DNA of 64,000 bases from a virus. Below are positions 1 to 9,715 of this stretch, one piece after another (position 1 is the first letter of the stretch; each line of letters starts with the position of its first letter). The stretch is from the IMG/VR virus record IMGVR_UViG_3300030099_006533; one strand, 5' to 3'. The notes beneath the pieces are model-generated. The model made no database searches and was not told the DNA's origin. It worked only from the letters and a program-made list of their open reading frames with translations. Made by a program: the position numbers and the translations under genes.

Positions 1-170
1 AAGAAAACAGTACTGCGGACATTGACACAGCCCAAGATGCTGCAGCTAACTTAGCTGATGATCTTTTGAAAGATATAGCTGATATTGCCACGGACACACA
101 ACTACAGCCCGACACTGTTTTAGACTTGGTAAAGAAGAACTTAAACGACAAATCTGAAGCCGCCGGATAA
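1..170 (+). CDS. 3' end of an acidic hypothetical protein (truncated by window start)
   Basis: Open frame from position 3 (ENSTADIDTAQDAAANLADDLLK...SEAAG) ending TAA at 168-170. Confidence 0.6.
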   Translation, partial: ENSTADIDTAQDAAANLADDLLKDIADIATDTQLQPDTVLDLVKKNLNDKSEAAG

Positions 171-194
171 GATTTGCCATTAACCAAAAATTGC

Positions 195-202
195 ACTATT
201 TA
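195..202 (+). promoter_or_regulatory. Putative phage late promoter motif ACTATTTA
   Basis: Exact motif in the intergenic gap about 20 nt before the ATG at 222; recurs before many structural genes. Confidence 0.6.
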
Positions 203-221
203 ATAGAAGGAAACAAACACA

Positions 222-752
222 ATGGCTACAACACTAGAAATTATTCAAGGAATCCAGCAGGCAGCAGCTAATGCCTATGATGGTGCCCTCGATGAAAATG
301 GCGAGCCCGTTAAGGCCGGCCTTAAGCGCGAAGAAGGGAATCCTCTTATTGACAAGCGCGTCATGGACGGGTTCAACGTGTCTTTCTACGGCAACAGACT
401 ATGCCTATCTTACCACTCAGAGATTCGACTTAAAGAAGTTTACGGTGGTAACTTTGAGGCAGACACTGAGCAGATGATTGAAGACATTGCTAGCTTCCTT
501 AAGAAAGAATACAAAAAGGTAACAGGCAACAGTTTGTCACTCAAGGCTGTGGGCGAAGTCGATGTACTAGTGCAGAACACGTCAAAAGTCCGCACATGGG
601 TCCAAGCCAAGAAGCATTATGAAATTGGTTCTCTTAACGAAGTTGAGAACGTACAAATGGAAGATGAGCCCGAGCGCAAGATCGATCCTGATTTTGAAAA
701 GTTTGTTGCTCTTGGTGGCCTCGGCAAAAAAGCAAAAAACGATAAGCGATAG
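222..752 (+). CDS. Hypothetical phage protein upstream of terminase
   Basis: 176-aa ORF with GAAGGA SD, preceded by late motif. Confidence 0.8.
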   Translation: MATTLEIIQGIQQAAANAYDGALDENGEPVKAGLKREEGNPLIDKRVMDGFNVSFYGNRLCLSYHSEIRLKEVYGGNFEADTEQMIEDIASFLKKEYKKVTGNSLSLKAVGEVDVLVQNTSKVRTWVQAKKHYEIGSLNEVENVQMEDEPERKIDPDFEKFVALGGLGKKAKNDKR

Positions 753-766
753 CCTAATGGCGCAGT

Positions 767-2350
767 ATGGCTACTCTGTCTAAACAACAGCAAATTAAAG
801 AAATTGTAAAATGCGGTAAAGATCCTAGCTATTTTCTTAAGAACTACGCTAAGATCTCTCATCCCCTACATGGACTAATTCCTTTTAAGACTTATGAATT
901 CCAAGACAATCTTCTGGATGATTTTAACGATTATCGTTTTAATGTTATTCTAAAAGCTCGACAGCTGGGTATTTCTACAATTACAGCCGGGTACGTTGTG
1001 TGGCTGATGATGTTTCACCGAGACAAAAATGTCTTGGTCATGGCCACAAAGTTTGGTACAGCAGCAAACTTGGTAAAGAAGGTCAAAGCAATTGTAGAAC
1101 ACCTTCCGCCATGGATCAAGATCGCAGACATTAAAATTGATAACCGTACATCTTTTGAACTTAACAACGGATCGCAAATCAAGGCCTCTTCGACCTCCTT
1201 TGATGCTGGTCGTTCAGAGGCCTTGTCTCTTTTGGTGATTGACGAGGCCGCACACGTCGAGGGCCTAGAAGAGTTATGGACCGGTCTATATCCTACTCTA
1301 TCAACTGGTGGTCGCTGTATTGCCCTATCAACTCCTAATGGTGTTGGTAACTGGTTTCATCAGACATACATTGATGCAGATGAGCAAAGAAACGATTTTA
1401 ACCCTGTATGCTTGCCGTGGGATGTGCACCCTGATCGTGATCAGCAGTGGTTTGAAAAAGAGACAAGAAACATGTCTCGGCGCCAGATTGCTCAGGAGCT
1501 TGAATGTAACTTCAATACTTCAGGAGATAGTGTAGTCCACCCAGATGACCTCACACGAATGGTACAACAGACATGCGAGCCCAAATACACAACAGGTTTT
1601 GACAGGAACTACTGGATTTGGCAAGACTATGATCCTTCTGCTTCTTACTTACTTGTTGCGGATGTTGCCCGCGGCGACGGAGCCGATAGCTCTGCTTTTC
1701 ACGTTATTAAGCTAGAGACCATGGAAGTCATCGCAGAATATAAAGGAAAACCTACAATTGATGCGTATTCTAAGATATTATATGATGTCGGCATGGAATA
1801 TGGAGAGTGCTTGTTGGTTGTCGAAAACGCGTCAGTCGGATGGTCAGTTTTAGAAAAACTTAATGAACTTGGTTACCCAAACTTATATCATTCTATTAAG
1901 TCTACACACGAATTCGTAGAACAATATCAGGCAGAAGTAATGAGTAATGCCGTAGCTGGTTTTACCACTTCTTCAAAAACTAGACCATTAGTTATTGCAA
2001 AATTAGAAGAGTTCATCAGAAACAAACTAATTACTGTATATTCCAGTCGCACTGTGGAGGAACTAAAAACTTTTATTTGGTATAATGGCCGGCCCCAAGC
2101 CATGCGCGGATACGCAGATGACTTGGTTATGTCTTTGGCAATTGCATGTTGGGTAAGAGATACTGCCTTAACAGTGAACCAAAGAGAGATTCAGTATCAA
2201 AAAGCAATGATGTCAGCAATCACAACATCAAATCGCAAGATGAATACAGCAATCGCTGGCATGCAGGGTTATGAACAAACAAAAGGAAATGCAGTTTCAG
2301 AAGAGCAGAAAAAACAAATAAAAGAATTTTTGTGGGTATATAAAGGTTAA
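767..2350 (+). CDS. terL: Terminase large subunit (T4 gp17-like)
   Basis: Walker A region ILKARQLGIST, Walker B LLVIDEAAHV, motif III STPNG, nuclease residues DVARGDGAD and DDLVMSLAI. Confidence 0.96.
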   Translation: MATLSKQQQIKEIVKCGKDPSYFLKNYAKISHPLHGLIPFKTYEFQDNLLDDFNDYRFNVILKARQLGISTITAGYVVWLMMFHRDKNVLVMATKFGTAANLVKKVKAIVEHLPPWIKIADIKIDNRTSFELNNGSQIKASSTSFDAGRSEALSLLVIDEAAHVEGLEELWTGLYPTLSTGGRCIALSTPNGVGNWFHQTYIDADEQRNDFNPVCLPWDVHPDRDQQWFEKETRNMSRRQIAQELECNFNTSGDSVVHPDDLTRMVQQTCEPKYTTGFDRNYWIWQDYDPSASYLLVADVARGDGADSSAFHVIKLETMEVIAEYKGKPTIDAYSKILYDVGMEYGECLLVVENASVGWSVLEKLNELGYPNLYHSIKSTHEFVEQYQAEVMSNAVAGFTTSSKTRPLVIAKLEEFIRNKLITVYSSRTVEELKTFIWYNGRPQAMRGYADDLVMSLAIACWVRDTALTVNQREIQYQKAMMSAITTSNRKMNTAIAGMQGYEQTKGNAVSEEQKKQIKEFLWVYKG

Positions 2351-2352
2351 TT

Positions 2353-4344
2353 ATGGCAGATAATACAAAGAATCCAAGAAACAGCCAGTCAACGCTGTTC
2401 CAACGTCTAACCAGATTATTTTCTGGTCCAATCGTAAATTACAGATCACAGTCAGGCCGCCGAATCAGGCGCCAGCATCTTGATAAATACGCTACAAGGT
2501 TTAAGTCAGCTAGTGGTCAACAGTTCAAGAAGAGTACTTATAATCCTCTTGAAAGAATTTCACATGAAGCAATTGCTAACCAACGCAGAGCAGAAAGGTA
2601 TGTCGACTTTGATCAAATGGAGTACATGCCCGAATTGGCTTCTGCACTAGACATTTACGCAGATGAGATGACGACATCATCAGACTTATCGCCTATGATT
2701 CGTATCAACTGCCCTAACGAGGAAATCAAGGCATCGCTAACCACGCTATACACAAATATTCTGAATCTTGACGCCAACCTGTTCGGCTGGTGTCGCACAA
2801 TGTGCAAGTATGGTGACTTCTTTTTATACATTGATTTGGACGAGACTATTGGTATTCGTACCGTCATGCCTTTGCCTCCACAAGAAGTGGATAGGCTAGA
2901 AGGCGAAGACGCCACGAACCCCAACTACCTGCAGTTCCAGTGGAACTCTGCTGGCATGACTTTCGAAAATTGGCAGATTGCCCACTTTCGTGTTTTGGGA
3001 CACGACAAATATGCACCATATGGCACCTCAATCCTTGAGCCAGCCCGCCGCATTTGGCGCCAGCTGACTCTTATTGAAGATGCGATGATGGCCTATCGAG
3101 TTATCCGCTCCCCTGAACGCCGTGTTTTTTATATTGATGTTGGACAGGTTTCTCCACCAGATGTTGAACAGTACATGCAGAAAATCATCACACAGATGAA
3201 GAGGCATCAGGTGCTTGACAGCAGTACAGGCCGTGTAGACCTTCGCTACAACCCGATGTCAGTAGAGGAGGACTACTACATTCCAGTCCGCGGCGGCACC
3301 AGCAGCACAAGAATCGAAAACCTCCAAGGCGGCCAACACGCAACCGCAATCGATGACGTTAAGTATTTACGAGATAAGCTCTTTTCCGCGCTAAAAATTC
3401 CTCAATCATATCTTACAATGGGTGACGGGGCAGAAGAAGACAAAACAACGCTCGCCCAGAAAGATATTCGCTTTGCAAGAACCATTCAGCGTTTACAGAG
3501 AGTTGTTATTGCGGAGTTAGAAAAGCTTGGAATTGTGCACCTATACACCCTTGGGTTCCGCGGAGACGATTTGCTTAGCTTCAAACTTGTGCTCAACAAC
3601 CCTTCTCGTATTGCAGAATTACAAGAGCTTGAGCATTGGAGAACTAAGTTTGACGTTGCCGGCGCAGCAACCGAAGGGTTTTTCTCACGCCGTTGGGTAG
3701 CACAAAACCTATTCTCAATGTCAGAAGAGGAATTCTTAAGAAATCAGCGCGAAATCTTCTACGACCGCAAATACGATGCAAGCCTGCAGGCTGTGGCAGA
3801 ATCTGCAGCCCAAGAAGCTGCTGGCCTAGGAGGCGGTGCTCCTCCACTAGGGGGAGATGTTAAGCCTCCTGGCGGTGATGATCCTGCCGGCCTTGACACA
3901 CCCGAGAAGGAGATGCCACCTGATGCATCGGCTGAGCCAGGAACTTCACCCCCTGCTGGAGATGCCCCTGCAGCGCCGCCAGAGCCAGCCCCTGGGGACT
4001 TACTTGCAGCACCTCCCGGCAGCCGCCCTACGCCACGCCTGACCCCTGGAGCTAAAGGTAAGAAGTATTACCCCGTTCAGTCAGACAAACGAGACATGGG
4101 TGCTAGACAAAGATCATATAATAGGATTGCAACACCCGAGATTGGAACAGATAGGCGTACCAATATGGGCCTTGCACCACTTCGTTCTTTATCAAAGGGC
4201 GTATTTACTGAAGATGCCCCTAATTATAGTAGCCAAGAAATTCTACAAGAAAACAGAATTTTTGAAATTAACAACGAAGTAAGGGTTTTGCTAGCAAATT
4301 TAGAAAAGACTGCGGAGACTAATAATGAAGATGAAACACAATAA
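2353..4344 (+). CDS. Portal protein (T4 gp20-like) with Pro/Gly/Asp-rich C-terminal extension
   Basis: EDAMMAYRVIRSPERRVFYIDVG, EEDYYIP, IDDVKYLRDKLFSALKIP; directly after terL. Confidence 0.95.
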   Translation: MADNTKNPRNSQSTLFQRLTRLFSGPIVNYRSQSGRRIRRQHLDKYATRFKSASGQQFKKSTYNPLERISHEAIANQRRAERYVDFDQMEYMPELASALDIYADEMTTSSDLSPMIRINCPNEEIKASLTTLYTNILNLDANLFGWCRTMCKYGDFFLYIDLDETIGIRTVMPLPPQEVDRLEGEDATNPNYLQFQWNSAGMTFENWQIAHFRVLGHDKYAPYGTSILEPARRIWRQLTLIEDAMMAYRVIRSPERRVFYIDVGQVSPPDVEQYMQKIITQMKRHQVLDSSTGRVDLRYNPMSVEEDYYIPVRGGTSSTRIENLQGGQHATAIDDVKYLRDKLFSALKIPQSYLTMGDGAEEDKTTLAQKDIRFARTIQRLQRVVIAELEKLGIVHLYTLGFRGDDLLSFKLVLNNPSRIAELQELEHWRTKFDVAGAATEGFFSRRWVAQNLFSMSEEEFLRNQREIFYDRKYDASLQAVAESAAQEAAGLGGGAPPLGGDVKPPGGDDPAGLDTPEKEMPPDASAEPGTSPPAGDAPAAPPEPAPGDLLAAPPGSRPTPRLTPGAKGKKYYPVQSDKRDMGARQRSYNRIATPEIGTDRRTNMGLAPLRSLSKGVFTEDAPNYSSQEILQENRIFEINNEVRVLLANLEKTAETNNEDETQ

Positions 4345-5146
4345 AAAGCGCAATACAGCGATTTTGTTTGAAATCCTAACACAGCAATACACAAAAGCTG
4401 TTGTCGAAAACGATGCACAAAAAAAGGCCGCAGTAGTTAAAGCTTTGCGACAAAATTTTGCAACAGACAAAGTACTAGGTCAAGAGCTAGAGCTTTACAA
4501 GGCCCTATACGAAACCCGCGGCTTAACGAAAGAACTATCAGAACGATTGCTTCAGGAGGTAACAAGAGCATATTCTACCCTTAATCATGAAGAGGTGTAC
4601 GATGCTCAAACTGAAGTAATTAAGCAGATCAACAAAGAGATTGGTCAAGATAGTTTTAAGACTTTTATTCCAAACTATAAAAGCTTGGCGTCAATTGCGC
4701 AGCTTTTTGATCCAAATGTTAAACTAAAAAGTAAAGTTCTGCTCGAACAGAAAATTGTTGATTATATGTCTTCCGAGGAAGAGAAGTCTGCGGAAGATCT
4801 TCAGCCTATTGACAACTTGGTATACAAAAAGTTTGTAGAAAGGTTCAATGAAAAGTATTCAGAACATCTATTAGAAGAGCAGAAGCAGCTTATAAGCTTT
4901 TACATCTCGTCATTCGCGGATAATGGCGTTCAACTTAAGGTTTATTTAAATGAAGAGATCGAGCGTCTCAAAGTTGGCATGAATTCTGCTTTGTCCGCCC
5001 CTGAGTTGCAAGAAGACTCTAGCATGATGGAAAAAGCCAAAAAGGTGTGTAGCCTCTTGGAAAACACAAGCAAGACCGCGGTCGACAAAGACTTCATCCA
5101 GAACATCGCAAAGATTCAAGGCCTCGTTAAGGAGCTTAGCGACTAA
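4325..5146 (+). CDS. Hypothetical protein (head module)
   Basis: 273-aa helical ORF overlapping the portal stop. Confidence 0.8.
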   Translation: MKMKHNKKRNTAILFEILTQQYTKAVVENDAQKKAAVVKALRQNFATDKVLGQELELYKALYETRGLTKELSERLLQEVTRAYSTLNHEEVYDAQTEVIKQINKEIGQDSFKTFIPNYKSLASIAQLFDPNVKLKSKVLLEQKIVDYMSSEEEKSAEDLQPIDNLVYKKFVERFNEKYSEHLLEEQKQLISFYISSFADNGVQLKVYLNEEIERLKVGMNSALSAPELQEDSSMMEKAKKVCSLLENTSKTAVDKDFIQNIAKIQGLVKELSD

Positions 5147-5709
5147 TGGGCATCAAGATCAAGATTGGAAAAGCCGCTAGGGAGGCCGACAACCAGCCAG
5201 AATCCAAATCTATTGAGCGAACTTTTGAGTTAAAAATTCGAAAGTCGCTTGATGGCAATTTGATGATCTTTGATCATGCCGATATTGATATCATCATTAT
5301 GCCCAAGCAAAACAAAGTTTTAACTTTGCCTAAAGAAACGATCACAGATGCCGCTTACGGTGCTCAAAACAGATTGTTTGCACACTTAAAAAGAAAAGGC
5401 GTAATTGATTTTGCAACGGTCCAGGGTGGAAACGTATATGGCTCACTTGAAGCTATCATGGCAGAGTCAGTAGATGGCCTAAACCCAGTCAAGATGGTTC
5501 TTCTAAACGTTGATGGGTTCATTGCAGAAGAAAGGCCTTATTTCGACTTTGTTAGGAGTTATACAGATCAGACAGGGGATATGTTTACAGATCCCGATGA
5601 TTTAAACTCAACAGATCTTGGTGATGTCCCACACCATGATACAAAGGGTTCGATTCGCCCAGGGTATGTACGAGACCCATATGGATTATCGCAGTTGTAC
5701 AAGATTTAG
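5146..5709 (+). CDS. Hypothetical protein (head module)
   Basis: 187-aa ORF coupled by TAATG overlap. Confidence 0.8.
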   Translation: MGIKIKIGKAAREADNQPESKSIERTFELKIRKSLDGNLMIFDHADIDIIIMPKQNKVLTLPKETITDAAYGAQNRLFAHLKRKGVIDFATVQGGNVYGSLEAIMAESVDGLNPVKMVLLNVDGFIAEERPYFDFVRSYTDQTGDMFTDPDDLNSTDLGDVPHHDTKGSIRPGYVRDPYGLSQLYKI

Positions 5710-5720
5710 GAATCATCAGC

Positions 5721-6776
5721 ATGAACAATGATTTAAAAATAATTTTAGAAAACTGGAACTCTTTCGTAGATTTAGTAGAAAACGAGACTGACGACAGGGT
5801 TTATCTTTTTGAAAACGGCGCACCCTCCCCATCAGAAAGCATGTCTTTTAGTAGATTGCATGAAAGGATGCTGGCTGGAAAGCTAACTGAGCAAAAACTG
5901 TATGAAACGTGGGAAGCTTCGCTAGAGTATGAAATAAGACTACTAGAGGAAGCAGGAATTTTAAGAAGAGCGGCCGGCGCCATTAAAAAGGGCGCCCAAA
6001 AGGTGACCCAAGCAGGAAAAAACGTTTTAAAAAGATTAGCTACGTTCCTGTACAGTAAATTAATTCAACCTTTAATGAGAATGATCATGGGGGCCACCTC
6101 GGTAGCAGCTATTCAGAGGGCCCTAAATTGGATCAAGGGCACTATGGGCTCAGGTGCCGTCAATGAAAATATGATTTCTAAATTTATGGCTCACCCATTC
6201 ATGAAAAAATACGGAAAGTACATTATTGCTGGCATGGTCCTGATTGCCACAGCCGCAGCGGTTTACATGGGCTGCGCAGAGATGGTCGATCTTATATCAT
6301 CGCAAAATGTAGATCAAATTGCAGACAAGACATCTGAGATTAGACATGTGATTGAATCAGCGGTTCAGATATCTACTGATGCTGGTTGTGATACATGTGT
6401 GGATGCTGGAAGCAGACTTTTGTCACAACTGACAGAAAACTCTAGCATGTCAGATATGATAGAAGCTGCCTCAGACATGTCCGCGACGGGCGTAAATCAA
6501 ATGACCGCCTCACTAGAACAGGCAGTTCAAATGCTAGGTGATGCTGAACAAGCTGGTGGCAAGGGAAGTGAAGAGTTCGCTCAATGGAAACAGTCGGTTC
6601 TCGATGGAAAGGATGCTCTTGCAAAGTATTCCTCAGACAAGGCAAGTTACGTTAGTAAACAGGCTAACGCACAAACCTTATCGCAACCGCTCAGCCAATT
6701 CGTCCAGCACACCGCCGATACTGCTCAGCAAGCTGGCCAGACAGTCGTTAAACGTGCAGCAAATACAGATTTTTAG
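5721..6776 (+). CDS. Hypothetical protein with a hydrophobic segment; possible internal head or ejection protein
   Basis: 351 aa, TAGGAA SD, N-terminal LKIILENW, hydrophobic YIIAGMVLIATAAAVYMG. Confidence 0.75.
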   Translation: MNNDLKIILENWNSFVDLVENETDDRVYLFENGAPSPSESMSFSRLHERMLAGKLTEQKLYETWEASLEYEIRLLEEAGILRRAAGAIKKGAQKVTQAGKNVLKRLATFLYSKLIQPLMRMIMGATSVAAIQRALNWIKGTMGSGAVNENMISKFMAHPFMKKYGKYIIAGMVLIATAAAVYMGCAEMVDLISSQNVDQIADKTSEIRHVIESAVQISTDAGCDTCVDAGSRLLSQLTENSSMSDMIEAASDMSATGVNQMTASLEQAVQMLGDAEQAGGKGSEEFAQWKQSVLDGKDALAKYSSDKASYVSKQANAQTLSQPLSQFVQHTADTAQQAGQTVVKRAANTDF

Positions 6777-6785
6777 AGGTGATAA

Positions 6786-7127
6786 TTGAGTAGTCTATAT
6801 GTAGTAAACATGATGTGGTTCATACTCTGTGCATACGGTTTAACACAGATTCTAGTTTACGGCTCAATCTTCAACAAAATTAGGCCAGCAAAGACATGGC
6901 TAAGAGGTTTCGGAGAGCTTTTTCATTGCCCTATGTGTATGGGGTTTTGGGTTGGTGCTTTTTTGTTATGCATTTCTCCGTACACTGAACTATTTACATT
7001 TGAACAAACTATAGCAAATTTGTTTATTTGTGGTTGGGTCTCCTCGGGCACTTCATACATAATGAATGTTTTATTTTGCGATAATGGTTTACAAATAGGA
7101 GCAAACAATGGGAAACACATGGATTAG
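6786..7127 (+). CDS. Small membrane protein, DUF1360-like
   Basis: TTG start with GAGGT SD; hydrophobic helices and LFHCPMCMGFWVG (CxxC-G-x-W). Confidence 0.65.
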   Translation: MSSLYVVNMMWFILCAYGLTQILVYGSIFNKIRPAKTWLRGFGELFHCPMCMGFWVGAFLLCISPYTELFTFEQTIANLFICGWVSSGTSYIMNVLFCDNGLQIGANNGKHMD

Positions 7128-7197
7128 CAAGTGGGCCCTTCAGCCGGTTCGACGTTGCTGTAAGGGTTCCATAATCGCGCGGGTAGCGCCCGCATAG
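7108..7197 (+). CDS. Unannotated 29-aa peptide MGNTWISKWALQPVRRCCKGSIIARVAPA
   Basis: TAGGAG SD just upstream of ATG 7108; TAG at 7195-7197; fills the gap before the protease gene. Confidence 0.55.
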   Translation: MGNTWISKWALQPVRRCCKGSIIARVAPA

Positions 7198-7207
7198 GTA
7201 ATAAATT

Positions 7208-7819
7208 ATGAAAAAAGTACTTTTAAGAGAATATTACGAACTTTGCGAGGGCGGAGTTTGTCAGGACTTGTTAACCGAGGAAGAGAAAAGATATGTTGCT
7301 AACGGCGGCATGATTCTTTCTGGTAAACTGCAAGAGGCTGATGTTCAAAACGGCAACGGCCGTATTTATCCACACAGAGTTCTTATGAGAGAGATGGAGA
7401 ACTACTCCAAGCTCGTAAACGAGCGCCGCGCCCTAGGAGAGCTAGATCACCCAGACGATTCAGTAATTAATCTAAAGAACGCCTCGCACATGATTACAGA
7501 GGTGTGGTGGGATGACAAAAACGTAATGGGTAAAGTAAAGGTGCTTAACACGCCTTCCGGCAAGATCCTACAGGCCCTCGTCAACGACGGCGCCAGCCTA
7601 GGTATCTCTTCACGAGGTCTTGGTTCTGTGCACGAATCAACAAACGGAACAATCGTAGAGGACGACTTCCAACTTATTTGCTTTGATTTTGTTTCTGAGC
7701 CTTCTACCCCTGGCGCTTATATGTCAATTAGTGAAGGCAAGAACTACGAAGAACCTAACGTATTTACCAAAGCAGACAAGATTAACCGTATGCTTAATGA
7801 TATTTTGAGTGATAAATGA
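7208..7819 (+). CDS. Prohead core maturation protease (T4 gp21-like)
   Basis: NGRIYP, ALGELDHP (catalytic His), LGISSRGLGS (catalytic Ser), DFVSEPSTPGAY. Confidence 0.93.
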   Translation: MKKVLLREYYELCEGGVCQDLLTEEEKRYVANGGMILSGKLQEADVQNGNGRIYPHRVLMREMENYSKLVNERRALGELDHPDDSVINLKNASHMITEVWWDDKNVMGKVKVLNTPSGKILQALVNDGASLGISSRGLGSVHESTNGTIVEDDFQLICFDFVSEPSTPGAYMSISEGKNYEEPNVFTKADKINRMLNDILSDK

Positions 7820-8232
7820 ACAAAAACCAATTAAAGAAAGTCTTGAAGCCATTAATCAAAGAGTGCATCAAGGAGGTGATTTTTGAAGAAGGCGTGCTTT
7901 CCTCTGTAATCAAAGAGGTAGTAAAAGGCACGACCGCACAAGTGGTAACCGAGACTCCCGAGCCTAGGACAGCACAAGTTGCCGAAGCCCGGGTTAACTT
8001 ACAGAGGGCCGCATTGGCCGAAAGAAAGAAAAAGCTGCTTGACTCTATCGGGTCAGAGGCTTTTAACGGTGTTAACATTTTTGAAGACACAACACCAACC
8101 CGCGCCCCCGCGCAACCAAAAGCCGGATCTGTAGATCTGGGAGACCCAGGCGATGCCGGTGTTGATATTGGCGACTTATTTGCCTCATCCGGCGGCGCTT
8201 GGAACGCATTATCAAAAGGAATGAAGAAGTAA
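7816..8232 (+). CDS. Hypothetical protein with N-terminal LKKxLKPLIKE motif
   Basis: 138 aa, ATGA overlap with the protease gene. Confidence 0.75.
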   Translation: MNKNQLKKVLKPLIKECIKEVIFEEGVLSSVIKEVVKGTTAQVVTETPEPRTAQVAEARVNLQRAALAERKKKLLDSIGSEAFNGVNIFEDTTPTRAPAQPKAGSVDLGDPGDAGVDIGDLFASSGGAWNALSKGMKK

Positions 8233-8233
8233 G

Positions 8234-8473
8234 ATGGCTGCAGTTAACGTGTCAGTACGCGCAAGAAGAAACGAATCATCCGAGCGCTTAATTCGAAGAT
8301 TTATTAGAAAATGTAAAAAAGACGGAATTGTAGAAAGATACAGAGAACGTTGTACCGCATATATAAAACCTTCTGAAAAGAAAAGAATTAAACGCCAAAA
8401 GGCAGAACGGCTCAGACAGCGCGAAGAGCTTAAAGCACAAAAATATAAAAAGCGTGCTAAATACGATAGGTAA
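8234..8473 (+). CDS. rpsU: Phage-encoded ribosomal protein bS21
   Basis: VSVRARRNESSERLIRRFIRKCKKDGIVERYRE...YIKPSEKKR matches the S21 pattern (V...Es.e.alrrFkr...k.G......R..y.KPS.kr). Confidence 0.85.
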   Translation: MAAVNVSVRARRNESSERLIRRFIRKCKKDGIVERYRERCTAYIKPSEKKRIKRQKAERLRQREELKAQKYKKRAKYDR

Positions 8474-8497
8474 TAATGGTTTAGTTCTAAAAGCTGA

Positions 8498-8505
8498 ACT
8501 ATTTA
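8498..8505 (+). promoter_or_regulatory. Putative late promoter motif ACTATTTA
   Basis: Exact intergenic motif upstream of 8539. Confidence 0.6.
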
Positions 8506-8538
8506 CAAAAAGCGCAATTGTAATTTAGGAGAGAAACA

Positions 8539-8916
8539 ATGTCATTTAAACAACCGTACAGCACCAGTATCCGACATGTTGGTGCATATCAGGTCTCAGG
8601 CCGTCCATGGGTCAAGGGCGCAATCAACGGAAACACCCTTCAAAAAATTGAGTTCCCGTTTGTCACAAGATGGATTGTCGTTACCAACACGCATGCCAGT
8701 GCTGCAATTCAAGTTGCTTTTCACGCTGATGGTGTAGGCGATAACTGTTATATCGACGTTCCCTTTGGGACATCATCACCTAGACTAGAACTTAAATGTA
8801 ACGCAATTTGGGTCAAAGGGCCCGATGCCGCATGTATCAGTGTAGCTGCTGGCCTTACAAACATTCCTAGAGATCAAATGTATGACTTGAGCGGCGACGG
8901 TATCGAAGTACCATAG
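8539..8916 (+). CDS. Putative virion structural protein (beta-rich)
   Basis: 125 aa, TAGGAG SD, first gene of the fibre cluster. Confidence 0.7.
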   Translation: MSFKQPYSTSIRHVGAYQVSGRPWVKGAINGNTLQKIEFPFVTRWIVVTNTHASAAIQVAFHADGVGDNCYIDVPFGTSSPRLELKCNAIWVKGPDAACISVAAGLTNIPRDQMYDLSGDGIEVP

Positions 8917-8927
8917 GAGTTTAACTA

Positions 8928-9692
8928 ATGAGTTTTGGGTGGGCCTACGTCGGCTGTGACGACATTGCAATTAGTTCCATGGCAGGACCTTCGGGTTCTG
9001 TACTGGTGCGTAATGGTTCGTTCACGATCTCAGGCTCAGAAAACTTTACACTACTTGATGATGGGGGCCAAGTTCATTCTCTCCTTCTGACTGGCTCACT
9101 CAAGTTATCAGGTTCTAGTACGTTTAGCGGCGATGTTACGGTTGAAGGCAACCTAACAGCCAACAGCTACAACGTCATTAACACATCAATTACTGAAATT
9201 GATGCATCTGGATCGACTTCTTTTGGTAATGATTTTGCAGATTTGCATACAATTACAGGTACACTAGCTTTGGCTGGTGTTAATACGCAACAGCCTGCTC
9301 TAGTGGTCACAGGAGCAGCGGCAGTAGCCAGCAACAGAGTTGGCGTTCTGACAAATGCCCCAACCTCTCACTTCTCAGTCAGTGGTTCTATTGCGTTTAG
9401 CTATACACAAGTTTCGTCTTCACCTTACACATTGAATACAACACATACTATCGTCGGCGTTACTCGAAACGGTGCGACGACTATTAACCTTCCCTCCGCT
9501 AATAACACACCCGGGCGAGTTGTCTTTATCAAAGACGAAGGAACAACTCAGCCGAGAACCAGCGGCAATAAGATTACGATAGCAGCAGATGGCAGTGAGA
9601 CAATCGACGGCCAAGCCGAATATTTTGTTATGGGCTCCCGCGCTGCTATTTCTTTGTACAGTAATGGTTCAGATGGATGGTTTGTGTTCTAA
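8928..9692 (+). CDS. Putative fibre/decoration protein with shared C-terminal IKDE...TIDG module
   Basis: Ser/Gly/Thr-rich beta repeats; C-terminus INLPSA...IKDEG...ETIDG...LYSNGSDGWFVF. Confidence 0.7.
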   Translation: MSFGWAYVGCDDIAISSMAGPSGSVLVRNGSFTISGSENFTLLDDGGQVHSLLLTGSLKLSGSSTFSGDVTVEGNLTANSYNVINTSITEIDASGSTSFGNDFADLHTITGTLALAGVNTQQPALVVTGAAAVASNRVGVLTNAPTSHFSVSGSIAFSYTQVSSSPYTLNTTHTIVGVTRNGATTINLPSANNTPGRVVFIKDEGTTQPRTSGNKITIAADGSETIDGQAEYFVMGSRAAISLYSNGSDGWFVF

Positions 9693-9715
9693 TTAATAAG
9701 CGGAGGGCGACATAA

